Assembly (NCBI GenBank): GCA_964035545.1
Contig: OZ037765.1
Location: 22,071,504-22,135,503 of the forward strand
Reading direction: 5' to 3'
Source: Bugula neritina
Taxonomy: Eukaryota > Animalia > Bryozoa
Length of the DNA: 64,000 bases
The position numbers were made by a program, and so were the translations under genes. Positions 25,593 through 40,745 of this stretch are shown piece after piece. How positions within the stretch are numbered: position 1 is the first letter of the stretch; every line of letters starts with the position of its first letter. The notes under the pieces were generated by a model that saw only the letters and a program-made list of their open reading frames with translations, did not search any database and had not been told where the DNA came from.

Positions 25593-28500
25593 ATGGTTCA
25601 AAGAGCGTTAATTGAAGATGATGAAGTTCCCAAAGATATCAATGGGTTCTTGTGTCATCCCCTCAACTCCAGTTTTCCTGATAATGATGGTGCTAAGGCT
25701 TTACTTCATGAGTACAAAAACCTTCCAGCCATACACATGGGTGTTGAAGATAGTCTAAGTGAAAGTGAATGGTATGTACCAGTTTAAACATTGTCATGAA
25801 ATACCATCAGGTATTAAAACTTCTGCAGTAACATATATGTATTGAATTGATCAATGTAATGAATATGTTAATGTTTTGAGGGCAGTGCCTTGTGTAAGGG
25901 TAAATCCTGGTTTACTGTAAATTTATAATTACAGTTGGTAGATTTGGCTTTTCCATGTCATTGAGTAATGATTTGTCAATGGGAGTTCATCTTTTAATAT
26001 TACTCAGTAAATACACACATCTCTCACATTTTCCATGATCTCACTAATATACATTGCTGCTATGTATTATTAGTCAGCAACAATTCACTTGGAGAATTTT
26101 TAATGATTAATAGGCAAACAAATGTCTCCACTCTGCTTATCGTATTCATACACCCAGTCTTCTTTGAGATTGTAACTAAATCTTTTACAAACACAATCTC
26201 ACTCAACACATACAGTAGACTAATTTATGGGGCAGTGACACCCCAGGATAGTGTTCTTAGCTAAAATCCCCCTATTGTTCAAACAAGCCCCAGGCCGCAA
26301 TGTTGAATAATAATGAGCTGTGCTGCTGCTTAAGTATTTGCTCTAAGATTTCTCTAAAATGCATTATTCTTTGACATCAAACACTGGCTGTTCATGATAC
26401 TATAGTTCTCATAGTTACATAGTGTGCATAGTTTTCAATATTCCATTGACTTGTTTTTATCTTGTCCTAATATCTAAATGTTGTCACTTATTATGGCATG
26501 AACTTTTGTTCACTCAATGCTGCAGACAAAAATGAAGCTTTGTACTATATGCTAATAGCTCAGTGCCCTTATCCTATTATAACCTAGAAAAGTTTGGCTT
26601 TGGGTCGCCAAATCACCTGAAAATTTGAGTAAATTGAGTTTGAGAAATAAACTTTACAATCTACAGCAAGATTAGCTGCACTACATTCAATGTAAATATT
26701 TCTTTAGCTGAAAGTTGCTAATTTCCAAAGAATTACATCACCAGTGAATTAATGATTTCTGCCAAATGATATATATACACATGATTTAGCTCATAACTGT
26801 GTGTCACTAGCATATGCATATATAAGCAATATTCAAAATGAGATAGTAATAATTCTCGACTCTCTTATCAAAAGAGTTATCTGTTCTATTTTTGGGGTTT
26901 ATGAAGTAGCGCCTACGTTACAAGATTAAGATAACACCCAAGTAGGTCTAGTAAACAGTGATATGGCACTTAATGAGTTTATGATTTCCGTAGCATCGAA
27001 ACATGCGAAGATAAGAAGTTTGCAGATTGCGATGAGATTCTCAACTCGGAATCAACTCTAATTGCTTCAGTAGACATGAATGATAACTCCAGTAACCAGG
27101 TAAATTCTATTGAGTTGTCCCTGTTAATATGACTGCAGTATGCTAGTGCCAAAACTTCTTCAAATTTGTTTTTTGTTTTTTGAAAAAACCTTGATGTCAT
27201 TTGAGTGTCCTCTGCCAGTTTAATATATAATATATCAAATATATCTAATATAATATTTTAATGAAATATCAAATATATGTTTGCCTACAGGTCTAACTAA
27301 GAAATTTTGTTTCATGCCAACAGTCTTCTGGTATATTTAGTGCTTTGGAGCAGCTGTCCAATCTTGCACACTTGCAAAGCTTTCACTCCAAGTTACTGTA
27401 ATTTTACTAACTTTCAATGTGCTAACACATTTTGTAAACAACTTTTACTCTCTGCCATTGTTTAGAGTTAGTCAATGCACATATTGCATTAACATTAAGC
27501 ATTCATAAAGCTAGACTTCATTCATTTGAAAAACGAGATGTGTTTTATGTATAGTCATAGATGGTTATTGAAGTTTATCAATGAGCTAGTTTTAAAATTA
27601 TGTTAGAAAACATGCCATTTAAACTCGGCCTTAATTAATAGTTGATAGTTATATCACTGTAAAAGTTAGCTTTATAATTTAGCAGACTATATTTACTTCT
27701 AATGTAGATGCTTAACTCGTTTATGTTCACATCTATAGTGTAGTGAAACTATTAAAATTATTACATGGTTTCTGTTGTTTCAGGATGAGTTGGAACGAAT
27801 TGTTGAAGATATTGCACAGTCTGCTACAAATGAAGCCAATGTGTCTAAAGTAGAATTTGAAAACAACAATATGGATTGTGACAATGTAAGCTCATTTATG
27901 TTCTCAACATGAATGAGTAACTAACAAGTTTTTCATTTGGTCATTTTAGCCTACTTTTGAGGCCGGTCTAAGCCAAGTTGAAAGAGTACTTGTTCAAAGA
28001 GTACTTAAAATTCTTTCCTTTAAATCAATCGATTAAAGAGCCATTGGCTTAAAGATTTTGCTTTACTTACTTCAACTTAAAAGGTTAAATTTTCTAATTT
28101 ATTTTGAGTTCTTACGGTAAAAATCCAGATACATATGTTAAACTATAATGATTTAGTGGTGTTTTAATTTCAACAGTGTTTTAACTATCCTTATGTTAGT
28201 TATTTCTAATTTTATTATTTAGTAATTTGTTAATTCATTAGATAAATATTAATTTCAAAATTATTAGACTTAATGATACAGTTTGTTCTTTTGGTTTGAG
28301 CTACCTACAGAGTTCTATATGAGTTGTATATAATAGTCTAAACACACATTATGTATATTGACTTGATCAAGAACTTGCAAGTATTTTCAAATTGACTTCA
28401 GTAGAATCCATTCAACAGTTGACTTGACTTTAAAATTGTTCTATCTCCGCCATTACTTAATTTGGCTCTTGACTTGATTTGCTGTGACCTCAACCCAGCT

Positions 28501-31500
28501 CTGTTCTATAGTTTGTTGTTTCTACATATATCATCGTATTAAGATATTTCATAGAAGTTATTTGCCAACATTGCCATCTGACAAATTGGTGTATAATATA
28601 ACAGGTGCTAAATTGATGGAGCCACATGCACTTCATAGCTTGGTTTTTTATTTACGTTGAGTTAGTAGTATACTTTGTGTTCAAATTCAAAGTTTTTTGT
28701 AAATGTTCATTTTCATCAAGTTGTTTGTTTTGACATGTGCTATAATGCACGTTGCATTGTTTCTCATGTTTGATTCTGTAATGCTTAATTAAATCCTTTC
28801 TTTGTTTTATCTCCCGCTATTTTTTATACCTTACTCAGGAATACAAAGAAATTGAAATTGAGATGCAAATTTTAAGTATGTTCCTGCATATGTGCTCAAT
28901 GTCTTGCATCATTAGGCTTATCAGAAAATAAATATATAATTTCTTAACTGTGGAGCTTATTGTAGGACTTATTGAATGAAGCACTGAGTGGAATGGACAG
29001 TAATATGCTGAATGAATTGATTGAAGCCAGTCCTAAGGAGAGTAGTGATCAGGACATAGACACTGGTGCTAACGATATATCGAAACTGTTAGACAGCACA
29101 GGTCATTTACCTTTCAATAATGACTCTAACAACAATGATATAGCTCAACCTCTAAAATGCAAATTGGTATGTGTTCTACCGTCTAGCTATGCTGTAGTCT
29201 ATACATTATGCCATGCAGCACATGCTTATTACGTTGTTGATACATACTGTATAATGTGTTGATACATACTATATAATGTGTTGATACATACTATATAATG
29301 TGTTGATACATACTGCATGATATGTTGATACATACTATATAATGTGGTGATACATACTATATAATGTGTTGATACATACTATATAATGTGTTGATACATA
29401 CTATATAATGTGTTGATACATACTATATAATGTGTTGATACATACTATATAATGTGTTGATACATACTATATAATGTGTTGATACATACTGCATGATATG
29501 TTGATACATACTATATAATGTGGTGATACATACTATATAATGTGTTGATACATACTATATCATGTGTTGATACATACTGCATGATATGTTGATACATACT
29601 ATATAATGTGTTGATACATACTATATAATGTGTTGATACATACTATATAATGTGTTGATACATACTATATCATGTGTTGATACATACTGCATGATATGTT
29701 GATACATACTATATAATGTGTTGATACATAATTATGTTTCCTGCTGTAAGCAATGTATACCAATATTTTTTTCAAAATTTTGTTTACAAGTTTTTACTGG
29801 TTGTCTAATATTTCTCATTTGTTATTGAGCATAGAATTAGTGGTAAAAACTGAGTAGTGCAGTGTTCCAATAGAATGAAGGTTATATATTAGCCTTGTTG
29901 CAGAATGAAGAGAGCGTTTCACCAGTTTCAGAGTCCTGCGTCAAAACATCTGAGAATATGTCGAGGCAGAATCATACAATCATGAATACACCGAGCTCGT
30001 GTTTACCACAGCCTCTTCCTATGCAGTTTGCGCCTACTCCACCTGTCCTTGGTCCAAATTGTTCATCCAAAATAAATCAAAATGACTCAACAATGACATG
30101 CCCCATAATGCCACGGTTTATGTCTCCGATGGTAGTACAGACGAGTACTGCTGGTGCGTTGCAGATTCAGCCAGTTATTCTAAATAATAGAGATATTTGT
30201 TTTACCCAGCCTATTCCTTATCGCCCACACTCACAGCCTTACGCTCCAGTGGGTATGCAGTGGGCCCCAAATCCCTACTACCAGTACAATATGGGTCATC
30301 AGATGATGTACGCTAATGGGGTGCGTATGCCCGCCCCTCACCAGGTTTACTATCCACAGGCGCACATCCCAATCATGCAGACTCAGATGCCAATACATTG
30401 TGATGTCACAAGCGCTGTCGCGCCAGTAACTGTACCGCAGCCAGACTCTGAAACCACTAACAGCCTTCTGCAGCCTCGCATTAATGGCACAGCTGGCGGA
30501 TTACTAACTTGTTCAACGGATAAAAATGAAGTTATGATGTCCAATCAATCTGTGTTACCCAACAATAGCAACGGGATGGACCAGTCCTGGGCCTTACTTA
30601 ATGACGCGGACAAAATGTCGTACGGACTTTCAAATTTTACTTCAACCCATTCCAGCCAATCAAATAGTAAAGCTCAAAGAGCGTGTGCTGTTTCAAATGT
30701 GCCTCCTGGAACTAATACTACTGGCTATTTGAAGAAACATGCGTCTGCTATGCATCTGAAGTCTCCAGACAGCGGGTTTAGTGAATGCCTGCAGGAAACT
30801 GTTCCTTGCTCTTCAGAGAGTGAGGTAAACACAGCTTTCTCTCTTCTAAAACATTTTTACTGTCTCGCCTCTGTTTTTTTAACAAAAGCAAATTATTAGT
30901 ACTCGTAATTAAAATTTAAAAAAATAATATATCAATACGTAAATCATGTATTCTATTACATTGATTACTAGATGTAAAATTCTAGGGTTTTAGCTGTTTT
31001 TGCAAATAGGTGGTTCTACAGATAATTTTCAACAGTTTAAAGTCTCTGCATAAGTCTTGGTGATTCAGTATCAGAATATTAATAAATATGTGTTTATAGT
31101 TTGCCAGAACTTCTATATAATGTAATGCAATTGCAGGTTAGTAACTACAGTAATCCTGCATCACCTCTTACTGAATCTCGGGCAATGAAAAGGAAACGGA
31201 AGTCTATTTGTGCTCAATCCAAATTAAGTGCCAATAAACCTATTACCAATAGTGTAGCTGTGTGTAACTTCTTCAAAAGGTGAGTGAAATGGGACCACTT
31301 TGTGTTTATATTGAAACCTCATTATAATTTATATATCTGTGAAATACATGCAGTACTTCTATCAAGGCTTTGGCTAAAACATTCTAACATAAACTTTAAT
31401 ATAATGTTTATAGTTTAATATGCTAGAGCTTAATGGGTTAGATCTGTTACAAACATTGTAATAACTATTTGCAGTGTAGCATTGTAAATTGTTATTATTT

Positions 31501-31750
31501 ATTATATATGACAAAGTCACTGTGAAATATGCAGTCTGTAAATTTATGTTATACATAATATATACATCCACAATACATATACACGTACACATGCATGTAG
31601 ACACAAGTATACATATCTACACATATATATGCATACATATATATCTAGATATATACGCATATAATATATTATAAATACACATACATAAATATATAAATAT
31701 ACATACATACATTCATATATACATACATATATACATATATACATTCACAT

Positions 31751-31803
<53 letters not shown>

Positions 31804-34800
31804 CATACATACATACATATATACATGTACATACATATATTGATAGAGAACACGATGAAACCGGCTACCAAATCAGTCTGGATGCCTCAACATCTTGTGG
31901 TGCCAAGTTGGAAGATGACAGGATGACTTATCTCAATAAAGGTAGGCTCATCAGTAAGAAGTTCTCTATACACTTGTAAGTAAATAGCAGTGTTGAAGCT
32001 TTTCTCAGTGAGCAACTTTCAGTATACAATTACTTTGTGCATCTCATATTTCGTATTGTTTTATTTGGGACTTCGTACAACAAAATAAAGCCATCTATCA
32101 TCTTTGGTTTGATTTAGTTTAAGCTCTGTATTTGGTGGCAGGTCAATATTACAAGCTGAATATGCGAAACAGTATCTATGCTAGTCAGTTGCGGGGCTCC
32201 TATGTCAAGGTATGTGAACTTTTGTCTGTAGCTAAAGCTCTGTAATATTACCTTTGTAATTGAAACTTACTGAAGCCACTGAATAGTCTCCTACATTGCA
32301 TTTGTCTATCTGCTTGCGCTAATAGTTATATCATGTTATTATGATCTTTTAAATAGCTTTACTAAGTTCATTTTGCTTTTCGTGATATCTTATTAAAGTA
32401 CCAAATCTCTCGATTTGCAGTCTGTGATAACGTTGCGGTTTAGAGAAGACAACTCCTATGATGTGGCAAGTAAATATTGGCACTTCTGGCAGACTCATCA
32501 ACCAAATGTTGCTGAAGCCAAGGGACTGGAGATAGGTAAGCCTAATGTCCAGTAAAATATTAACAAGTCATTTGGACTAATATCATAGGGGTCACTTTTT
32601 TGTACAGTCAACAGTTTATTAATTACAGTTGTAGAAGCTTTGTTGCGCCTTTGAGATCCACAGTTGGTGACAGTATAGTGACAGATATGCTTAACCATTT
32701 ATAGACAGTAGAATTTTATAGCTGTATTGCATTTTTTCTATTAAATCATATTATTTTAGATTTAAAAAACTCTACTGGAATCGTCGACAATACATTAGAA
32801 TATAATGGAATCAACTCTCTAACATTCGCCTGGAATACTCATGAATCTGTTCAGGTTAGTGTTTGTTGTTCACTTGATTATTTTATTATTAGTGAGTAAA
32901 TTGTCTAAAATATCACTTCATGCTCACACAACTTTTAATTTAGTCTAGAACTCCAGATTTGAATGATTTACAAATTGCTGTTTATGAGCCAATATTTGAC
33001 TAGTAAAAAGCTACTTGCTTGATAACCTCGAAAAGGTAATTTAAATTCAGTCAATATTAGTAAGTTTATTATGAAATATGATTCAATGTTGAATTTATTT
33101 GTAAATTGGCTGATGTTTTAATTTTTACAAAGCAAATAATTGCAAAATTAAAACATTAGCTTGGTGCTGCGAATTTTATCAAATAGCTGTAACTTCTGCT
33201 CAAAAACATCTGATCCATACTCTTTACATTGTGATGGTGTTTAAGCAGTGTATACTTGCATATGTTGGTAGGCTGAACTAGCAGTGCACTGTCTCAGTAC
33301 AGACTTTAGCAGCCAGAAAGGTGTGAAAGGGCTTCCTTTGCACATTCAGATAGACACGTACGACGGGATGAACTCTATCGGGAAAAATCCGGTGCATCGA
33401 GCTTATGCGCAGATAAAAATATTTTGTGAAAAGGTATTTTTGTGACTTCAAATTAATATATGCATGAAATAATGTTATTTTTTTGCTTCCTTTGTTAGTA
33501 GTTTAGGTATATGAGCTAATTGCTATTGTCTCTAACAAGCATACTTTCAATGTGTTTAGGGAGCTGAAAGAAAAGCAAGAGATGAAGAGAAAAGAAAAGA
33601 GAAATCGTCATTAGCTCCTTCCGATGCATTAGGTACAATTCAATTGTATGAATTCAAATTTTTGCGTTATAGTGGTGATAAAATTGAATTTTTCATGCCC
33701 GGGTTTCATAAAATTCGTAACATATTACGTGCATAATATATTTAAAGTAAAGTTGAAATATACAAAATAATGTTGATGGATGTTGATGTTGACCAATGAG
33801 CTTTAGTCTAAAAAGTTTTATTTAGCTTTGAAGAGACTGCTCCTTAGAATATATGTGTTGTTGTAAATAAGATATTTTTTGGAAGTTCGTCATTGAGAGC
33901 TTCAATGCTATTATATAAAATACTCATAGCAAAAAATGTTTCTTAGATGTTTGATTTTTTATAAAATCATTGTATAGTCTCAATAATGTGTCGGCATTTT
34001 CAGTATCTCCAACTCTCTATTTATCTTCACCCACACAGTGTAGAATGTGAATAGTGGCTTTCTTTCTTTCATAATAGCACACCATACAAGTATTTAGCAT
34101 TATATTTTCATTTTTTGCAGCTTCATTAGTTATGCATCATGTCATGTATCATATTCCAAGCTTACACTGTCAGTTTTATGATTCTAACAAGTTTAATAAA
34201 TGTATGCAAATTTCATATTACAACTTGGTATCAAATAACTTTGATGTATGTTTTTGGTCACACTGTATAAATAGTATAATACACAAATATGTGTGTACAA
34301 GCATGAAGTACACTTGCATTATTTCTTGTCTTCTCCTTTATTGTAGGGACCAAGCAGATTGCTGACCAATACCAGCCCATTGAGACTACAACTGAGTTTT
34401 ACTCCATGGAAGACTTGAGCACTGATGCCTATATACATAAAGTAATGCTGCCTGCTTCAGATGTTGGAGATGACCCGTTTGCTACGGAAAACGGTTTTTC
34501 CGATCACCCAATCACAAGGTAATTCTCATTCATTCCCACAATATGCTAACATTATTTCTAATGACTTGGTCACAAGAGAGGGTAGTGATAGCTAGGGTGT
34601 GTCGATTTCTGTGAAGTTAGAGTGTTTCTGAGTCAAATGCTTTTCTTGACATATAGCGAAGCTTGTGTCTCCCCACCTCACCCATGATTTGCTCATGCCA
34701 CACTCTGGTATCCAGCTACACTATAGCCGAGTCTTTCACGTGCTGGTGAAATCCTTAACCGGTGATTTCCTTTAATTAATTAAATTCGAATGCGCCTCGT

Positions 34801-36871
34801 CCTTGCAGTGGCAGCTATTGTGATAATATTTACATAAAATTATACATTTGTTCAAAATTATCCATACAATTGCATATCAACTCAAATTTATGAGTAGTTG
34901 AAACTGTTTTAGCAAAGGATATTTTAATCTAAAATAATAAAAAGTTTAAAATAAAGTTAAAAGTGTGAAGATTGGGTGAAATAAACCTAAACAACGAGTT
35001 TTAGCTGTGAGTTCTAACCCCAAATAGGCTAGTTTTTGAGGTTTACCGCAATAGGGGCATGGCATGACATTATTAATACACTTTACTTTATTGTGGTGGG
35101 AGTTTTTAAAGGTATTGTTGTTAATCTCCAAGTATGCATGTAAAGTATTACATTTAGTATGCTTGCGCAAAGTAAAAGACACACACACACTTTTAATACT
35201 TGTATATTATATTTTTCCATTTGATGCATCTCAACCATACCATTACATAATATTCTAGTGATGATGTTGTCACAGTGTATAATATTTGTGTAAAAATTCT
35301 GTATTTTTTAGTTTCATGGATTCAGATTTCATGTATTCTCCAGCTCCAAAGCAAATGCGATTTAATGAAAACACACATAGTAAGTGTATTTTATGCATAG
35401 TATATTACAGCTGCCGTCTAGTTTTATATTTGTGTTGTTTACGCTAGCTGTATTGCATTATGTTTTATCTGTTCACTTCCTAGAGATACACTAAATCCCC
35501 TCTCTGCTGCAGCTCATATTTAAATGCATAAGTTGTGTAATTATTGGGGTACCAGGAGAGATAACTTCAAATATTTTAAACAGTGTTTACATTAAAGGGT
35601 TTTCCGGGGATGGGTATAACTTTGCTCTAACTAGCCATAACTATTTGATATAAAATTGTTGCAGCATGCATATATGTGAGAGAAACCCACGACGTTGCCT
35701 TCACGGCTCTGTACTTGACTACTCCCTCTACCAAATGCTTAGCTGATGCTGTAAGTATATTCTATACTATAGATGTGTTTAACTTCTTGTTTGGCCAAGA
35801 AACTTTAAAGATCAGTGAATTATAAAAAAAACTTTGTTATGGCAATTTAGGTTACAGCCAAGTAATTTAAATCTTCTGCTTGCAAGTTGTCGAGGAGTGA
35901 GGCTCGTCGATATTTAAAATCAAACCTCAAGTATATACAATATTGTATTAAATAATGCAATATTATTTAAATATGAGTTAGTTAAAAGGGCAAACACTGT
36001 GTTCAACTCGTGGTTCATGCAATGAGGTATCCTTAATCTATGCATGGTCGTAACGAGTGCTAAAGTAACACATTTTTCATGGAGTGAAGATATTAAACTA
36101 TTGATAAAATTAACTATGAAAAAGAAAATTATGATTGCTGCAACTTTTTTTTATTAGGACTATAATTCTGTGATATATCATGTTTCCCATGCAACATAAT
36201 ACTCTTTTAAAAGTTAGCGTGTAAATTTGTATTCTTTTATTATAAGTTTTATAAAACATCACAGCGATGGCCCTCTTTGTAGTTATTAAAAAATTTTAAT
36301 GTCAGAAGTTGTTTTGAAATATAAATTGACCCCTGTAAAAGTCAAAACTTATTCATGACTTCTACTAAGTAAAGCTATACCCATTCTGGGGTCGTGAAAG
36401 AGCTTTGGTAAATTTAATTTCTATTTTTATTCTATTCTAAATTTATTTTTATTCTTTGCGTGCAAGAATTGTAGAAAGAATGCTTGTTTTGATCTCATCT
36501 TTTATTTAATTGTTGAATTTACAGGTCAAAGAGAAGTATGAGTACATTTCTGAAATCCGTATGTTGTATAAGCGTACTAGTAGGGGGTAAGTAGCATCAG
36601 TTGCTCATTGGCTTTTTACTATTATCTCATCATTTCTCTTTTGCCACACTTGTTTTGAGAATATTATTCTGCTATAAATCTGCTGTTGATAACTTTACTT
36701 CTAACTGTTACTAAACATATGAATAAAATTTTCTATCTTGGTTTTAGTATGTTAGTGAAGATGGACGACAGTCTAGTGAAGCATCTGCTCCATGAGTCTA
36801 TGTTTGTCATCGAATTCAAACAGTGCCCTGACTCAATGTATGATGTCACATTAACTGAGACTGACTCATGA
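25593..36871 (+). CDS. grh: Grainyhead-class (CP2 domain) transcription factor, divergent
   Basis: Exons approx 25593-25771, 26994-27099, 27784-27885, 28966-29166, 29903-30823, 31137-31279, 31847-31941, 32141-32209, 32421-32535, 32760-32853, 33272-33432, 33560-33632, 34347-34518, 35312-35379, 35664-35750, 36525-36586, 36748-36871. Grh motifs [57 protein letters not shown], and C-terminal dimerisation domain IYVRE...FTALYL...RGMLVKMDD. No SAM domain seen, so Grh rather than LSF/CP2. Confidence 0.92.
29236..29730. repeat. 22-bp minisatellite (GTTGATACATACTATATAATGT), ~22 copies
   Basis: Direct tandem units with recurring variant units (…CTGCATGATAT…) in a Grh intron. Confidence 0.95.
31560..31840. 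repeat. (TA)n/(CA)n/(TACA)n microsatellite
   Basis: Direct reading; abuts the acceptor of the first CP2-domain exon. Confidence 0.9.
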
Positions 36872-39800
36872 TTTCTTTTATAGTAATAGTTATTTAATAC
36901 TCATTTTATTTAATGATATCATTATTTTCTAATGTTTTTGATACATTCTATTGAGCCAGTTTGTTTCTATGATTACCTTGTTGATAACGCAAATTAATTT
37001 ATTAATTTAATTTTCCCTTAAATCTCAATCTATCATTCCCAAACAATCTGCTATTATTATTCGACATTTTTGTTTGTTGGTTGAGCCCAGCACCAGCAGT
37101 TGTTTGTTTCTGTGTGTTGTTAGCGTATGTGTATGTGAGAGTGAATTAATTTCTAGACTCTTCTGATTTCTGTAAACAAAAATTAGTTGTCTTTAATTTG
37201 TACTTGATTGTATATATAATGTTATTGGTTGTAATCAAATAATACTCATTAATGTATTTAAAAAGTTTTACACTATGTTTCTATCAAAATAAGATTATTT
37301 TATGATAAATTATTCTTTTATAAGACTTATTGCAGGCTGGAATGTTTACTAACCATTATTAAGCTCAATTTTATTATGTATTTGTAAAAATCTGTAATGG
37401 ACTTGACAAATTTCATTATATTTAAAAACATGTTTATCACATTTCAATCACAAAAGACAGGTTGTGGAATATTTTTACTCTATAAATATTATTGAATAAA
37501 CTTCATGACTACATTATAAATTTTCATTTCCTGCTTAGATACATTTTGTGATAATTTTTTCCTAAAGGTATTATAAAGAATTTATTATACTAATCTTTTA
37601 AAAGAGTTCATATGAAGTTTTAAAGCCAATCTTTTGGTATATATTTCATAAGTCAACTTCAAAGTGAATGGAATACATAAAAACCCTCATGAATAATATA
37701 ATTATATAGCGTGACATAGGCTATAATATTAAAATACACCAAGTTTTCATTATATAAAGGAAGTTATTGTAAACTTGAAAACGCAAATATTTATAAATTG
37801 GTTGTTTAAGTTGGTCTTATGCTTATGCATATAAAAGAGTTCTTTTATAGTTTTTAACTTATAATGTTCAAAAATTTACAACTATAAAGTTTATTGTTAA
37901 CGCTGGAGTGTTTATAAAGACTAATACCTGAATGCATTTAAAAATGTTTATGCTTTAAAGCTCTGTTTCGACATGAATTTGATTAACTATAGTGTAAATT
38001 GATATAACTACAAATGTGCAAGGAAGAATTAATTATACATAGACCAACAGTCCCTATGTTAGAAGCAACGCAATATATGCAATTAAAAGGAGTTATCGGT
38101 ATTTCTAATAAGGTTGAGTGAACTTATAAATTATGAAGTTATCCCCTCACTGTAATGTATACTACAAACTTTTTGTGTGATACAAGCAAAAACAAAATAA
38201 TTTTCCTTAAAAAAATATTAATGAAACTTAAATAACAAAAGTAATTAAAAAATATGCAAAAAGTTGTCTAATCATATTTTCTTTAGGTTGCAATGTCGAA
38301 AGCAAGCACGCCTCACATAGGATATGGATCGTGCGTTAGAGTAGTTTGCACAAATTTTGTTTTATAAACAACACTATGACTATTACTTTTAGTATTAAAA
38401 TTATGGACTTTGATATAATTATATAGTAGATGTATGCATTCACCCTGATAAAAAGTAGGCGCTCATAGTTATATTAGTTATACGGTTTAGCAGTGCTGTG
38501 GCTTTGTACCATACAGCGAAAAGGAAATAGAAAATGAATAATCAATTATTATTAATAATAAATATAATAATAAAATATTAATATTATAATTATTATTAAT
38601 ATTATAATTTTAATTTTGAATTAACACTAACACTAAGAGTAAGTCTAACAGTATGAGTAACAGTGGTCTGACTCACAGTCACTCTCACAGTCCGAGTCAC
38701 TGACACTCCGACTCTAGGGTGAGTGTGTTAGACTCACTATCAATTAATATTATGAATTATGGCATTTAATTTTATTGTTTTAATAAACGTCCAAGTGAAA
38801 GTGGATCTAAATCAGTAATTTCTAAGTCTAATGAATAAATGGTCATATTTATACTAATACTAATAGTGATAGTAATAGTAATACTAATAGTTATAATCAT
38901 ATCTATCACTAATTGTTCAGTAAAAGTTTTAATGTAAATCCATACTTCATGTGAAGTTAAAAATGTAAATTGTAATGAAAATTCACTGAGAATCATAATT
39001 ATAACCATTATCTTTATAATTCTGATACATTTAAAATGTATTATAATGTTGATTGTCAATTCAATGTAATCCTGTTGGATTAGATGCCCAAAGGTTTTGT
39101 GACACCCAACCAAATTAAATAATTTTCACAAGTACATTGTGTTATCACATTACTAGACATATTAGAAAGGAACAGGTATTTTTATTGTTTATTGTAAGTT
39201 ACTGCCTCTTGACTGTGTAGACAACATAACCTAATATCTGCCCTTTTTACTAATACCTGTTGATGTTTATTGGCTGCTAAAAGTGAAAGACTAAGATAAC
39301 TCACACCAATTTAAAATATCTGCAAACATGCATTGCAACCCTCATAGCCTGGTATATGCACTTGAAACATAATCCATCATAGGTCTATTTACTTGTGAGA
39401 GCCTGAAAAGAGAATTTATAAATCTAGCAAATTTTTGAAAAAAAAATACATTTAGTTAGTTGATTTACTATTTTCACGTTTCAATGTCCTAATTAGTTAA
39501 CATTTAATGTCGTCAATTAAAGTATAACAGGTCACAGAATGTAGATAAAAAGTGGCAAGTCAGGTATTGAATAGTGGCTTTGAAAAGTTATTTAACAAGG
39601 AAAAGATGTTCATAATTGATATTGTTGCTGCAGCTGCACTGATGGGGATAATTTTAGAGAAAGGATCTGCTGTATTGACATCAATTAATGGTAGTGCCAG
39701 CACTTGCATAATAGAAAGAGATTATTTATTTGCATGCTTCCACACCCTTGCAGTTGAGTAATTATTTGAGATAGGAAGTACTGGCAAAAGTGCTTAGCTG

Positions 39801-40745
39801 TTCCATAAGTAAGTAACATGATGGTGGATTGGCTTATAAAAAAATTCAGCAAAAGAATTTAAGTATATTGCTTATAGGCATCTTCTCAAAGGAAAGCAGT
39901 GAAAAGCAGTTTTATTGTAAGTAAACCGCATCAAGATTCACAATCTTTACTTGTAAATGATGCATCTTTGATTCATATGTTACAAGGTCAATTGCAAAAA
40001 CAAAGAGCAAACTTAGAAATAATATGATATAGCAATATAATAGTGAAGGGTATTCTTAAAAAAATCTCCATTATTGCTTCTGTTGCATTTAAAAACGATT
40101 AGAAAGTTCTAGATTTGCAGAATTTATTCTTTATGAAGATTTATGTAAAGGAAAAATAATTTCGTGATATAGGAATGCAAATATGCTATGGATGTTGTGT
40201 TGCATGGCTGTATATGTATTTTTTTCTACTTTGTAGAACATCTTTTGACAGTGAACAGAATGCTATGCTGATTAAAACTCGTGAGTCTCAAATATTTTGT
40301 TATTACAATAAGGATTATGTGGCAGTCGATTTTTAATTCATGATTCTAAATTTAGTCTTGTTGTAATTACAATCGTACTCATAAGCATGCTAGTTTATTG
40401 TTTATTTTAGTCTCATAAGTATGAAAATTTCATTATACACATTTCTACATGATTATCAGACCAGGTTGCAGTCAAGTTTTTCGAGCATAGCAATTTTGAA
40501 CTGTCTTAATGTTATAAAGATGGCTTTATTAACTTGATTTACTGATCAGTTGTTAGAATCAAACTATGAGCTAGCTTCATGTTTTATGAAACAATTTCTG
40601 AGATTTTTCAGATATCAAGAAACCAACATATGCGTAATGCTAGTAGTTCATTCCTCAAATTCAGTTGGTTGAAAATAGTACTGATTTTGCAAGTTAGTCC
40701 TATTTATAAAAATATGTGCATTGTATGATTTTTTGTTTTAAGAAA

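Noticed and set aside
29236-29730. CRISPR-like array (also 50102-50727, 57239-57383)
   Set aside because: Head-to-tail tandem units without unique spacers, eukaryotic introns, no cas genes.
34575-34820. Poison exon or autoregulatory Grh site (TAACCGGTG) in a Grh intron
   Set aside because: Splice signals weak and the site is an imperfect single match; not distinguishable from chance.
36027-36034. U12-type 5' splice site GTATCCTT
   Set aside because: Lies mid-intron with no adjoining exon; the flanking Grh exons already join in frame through U2 sites.
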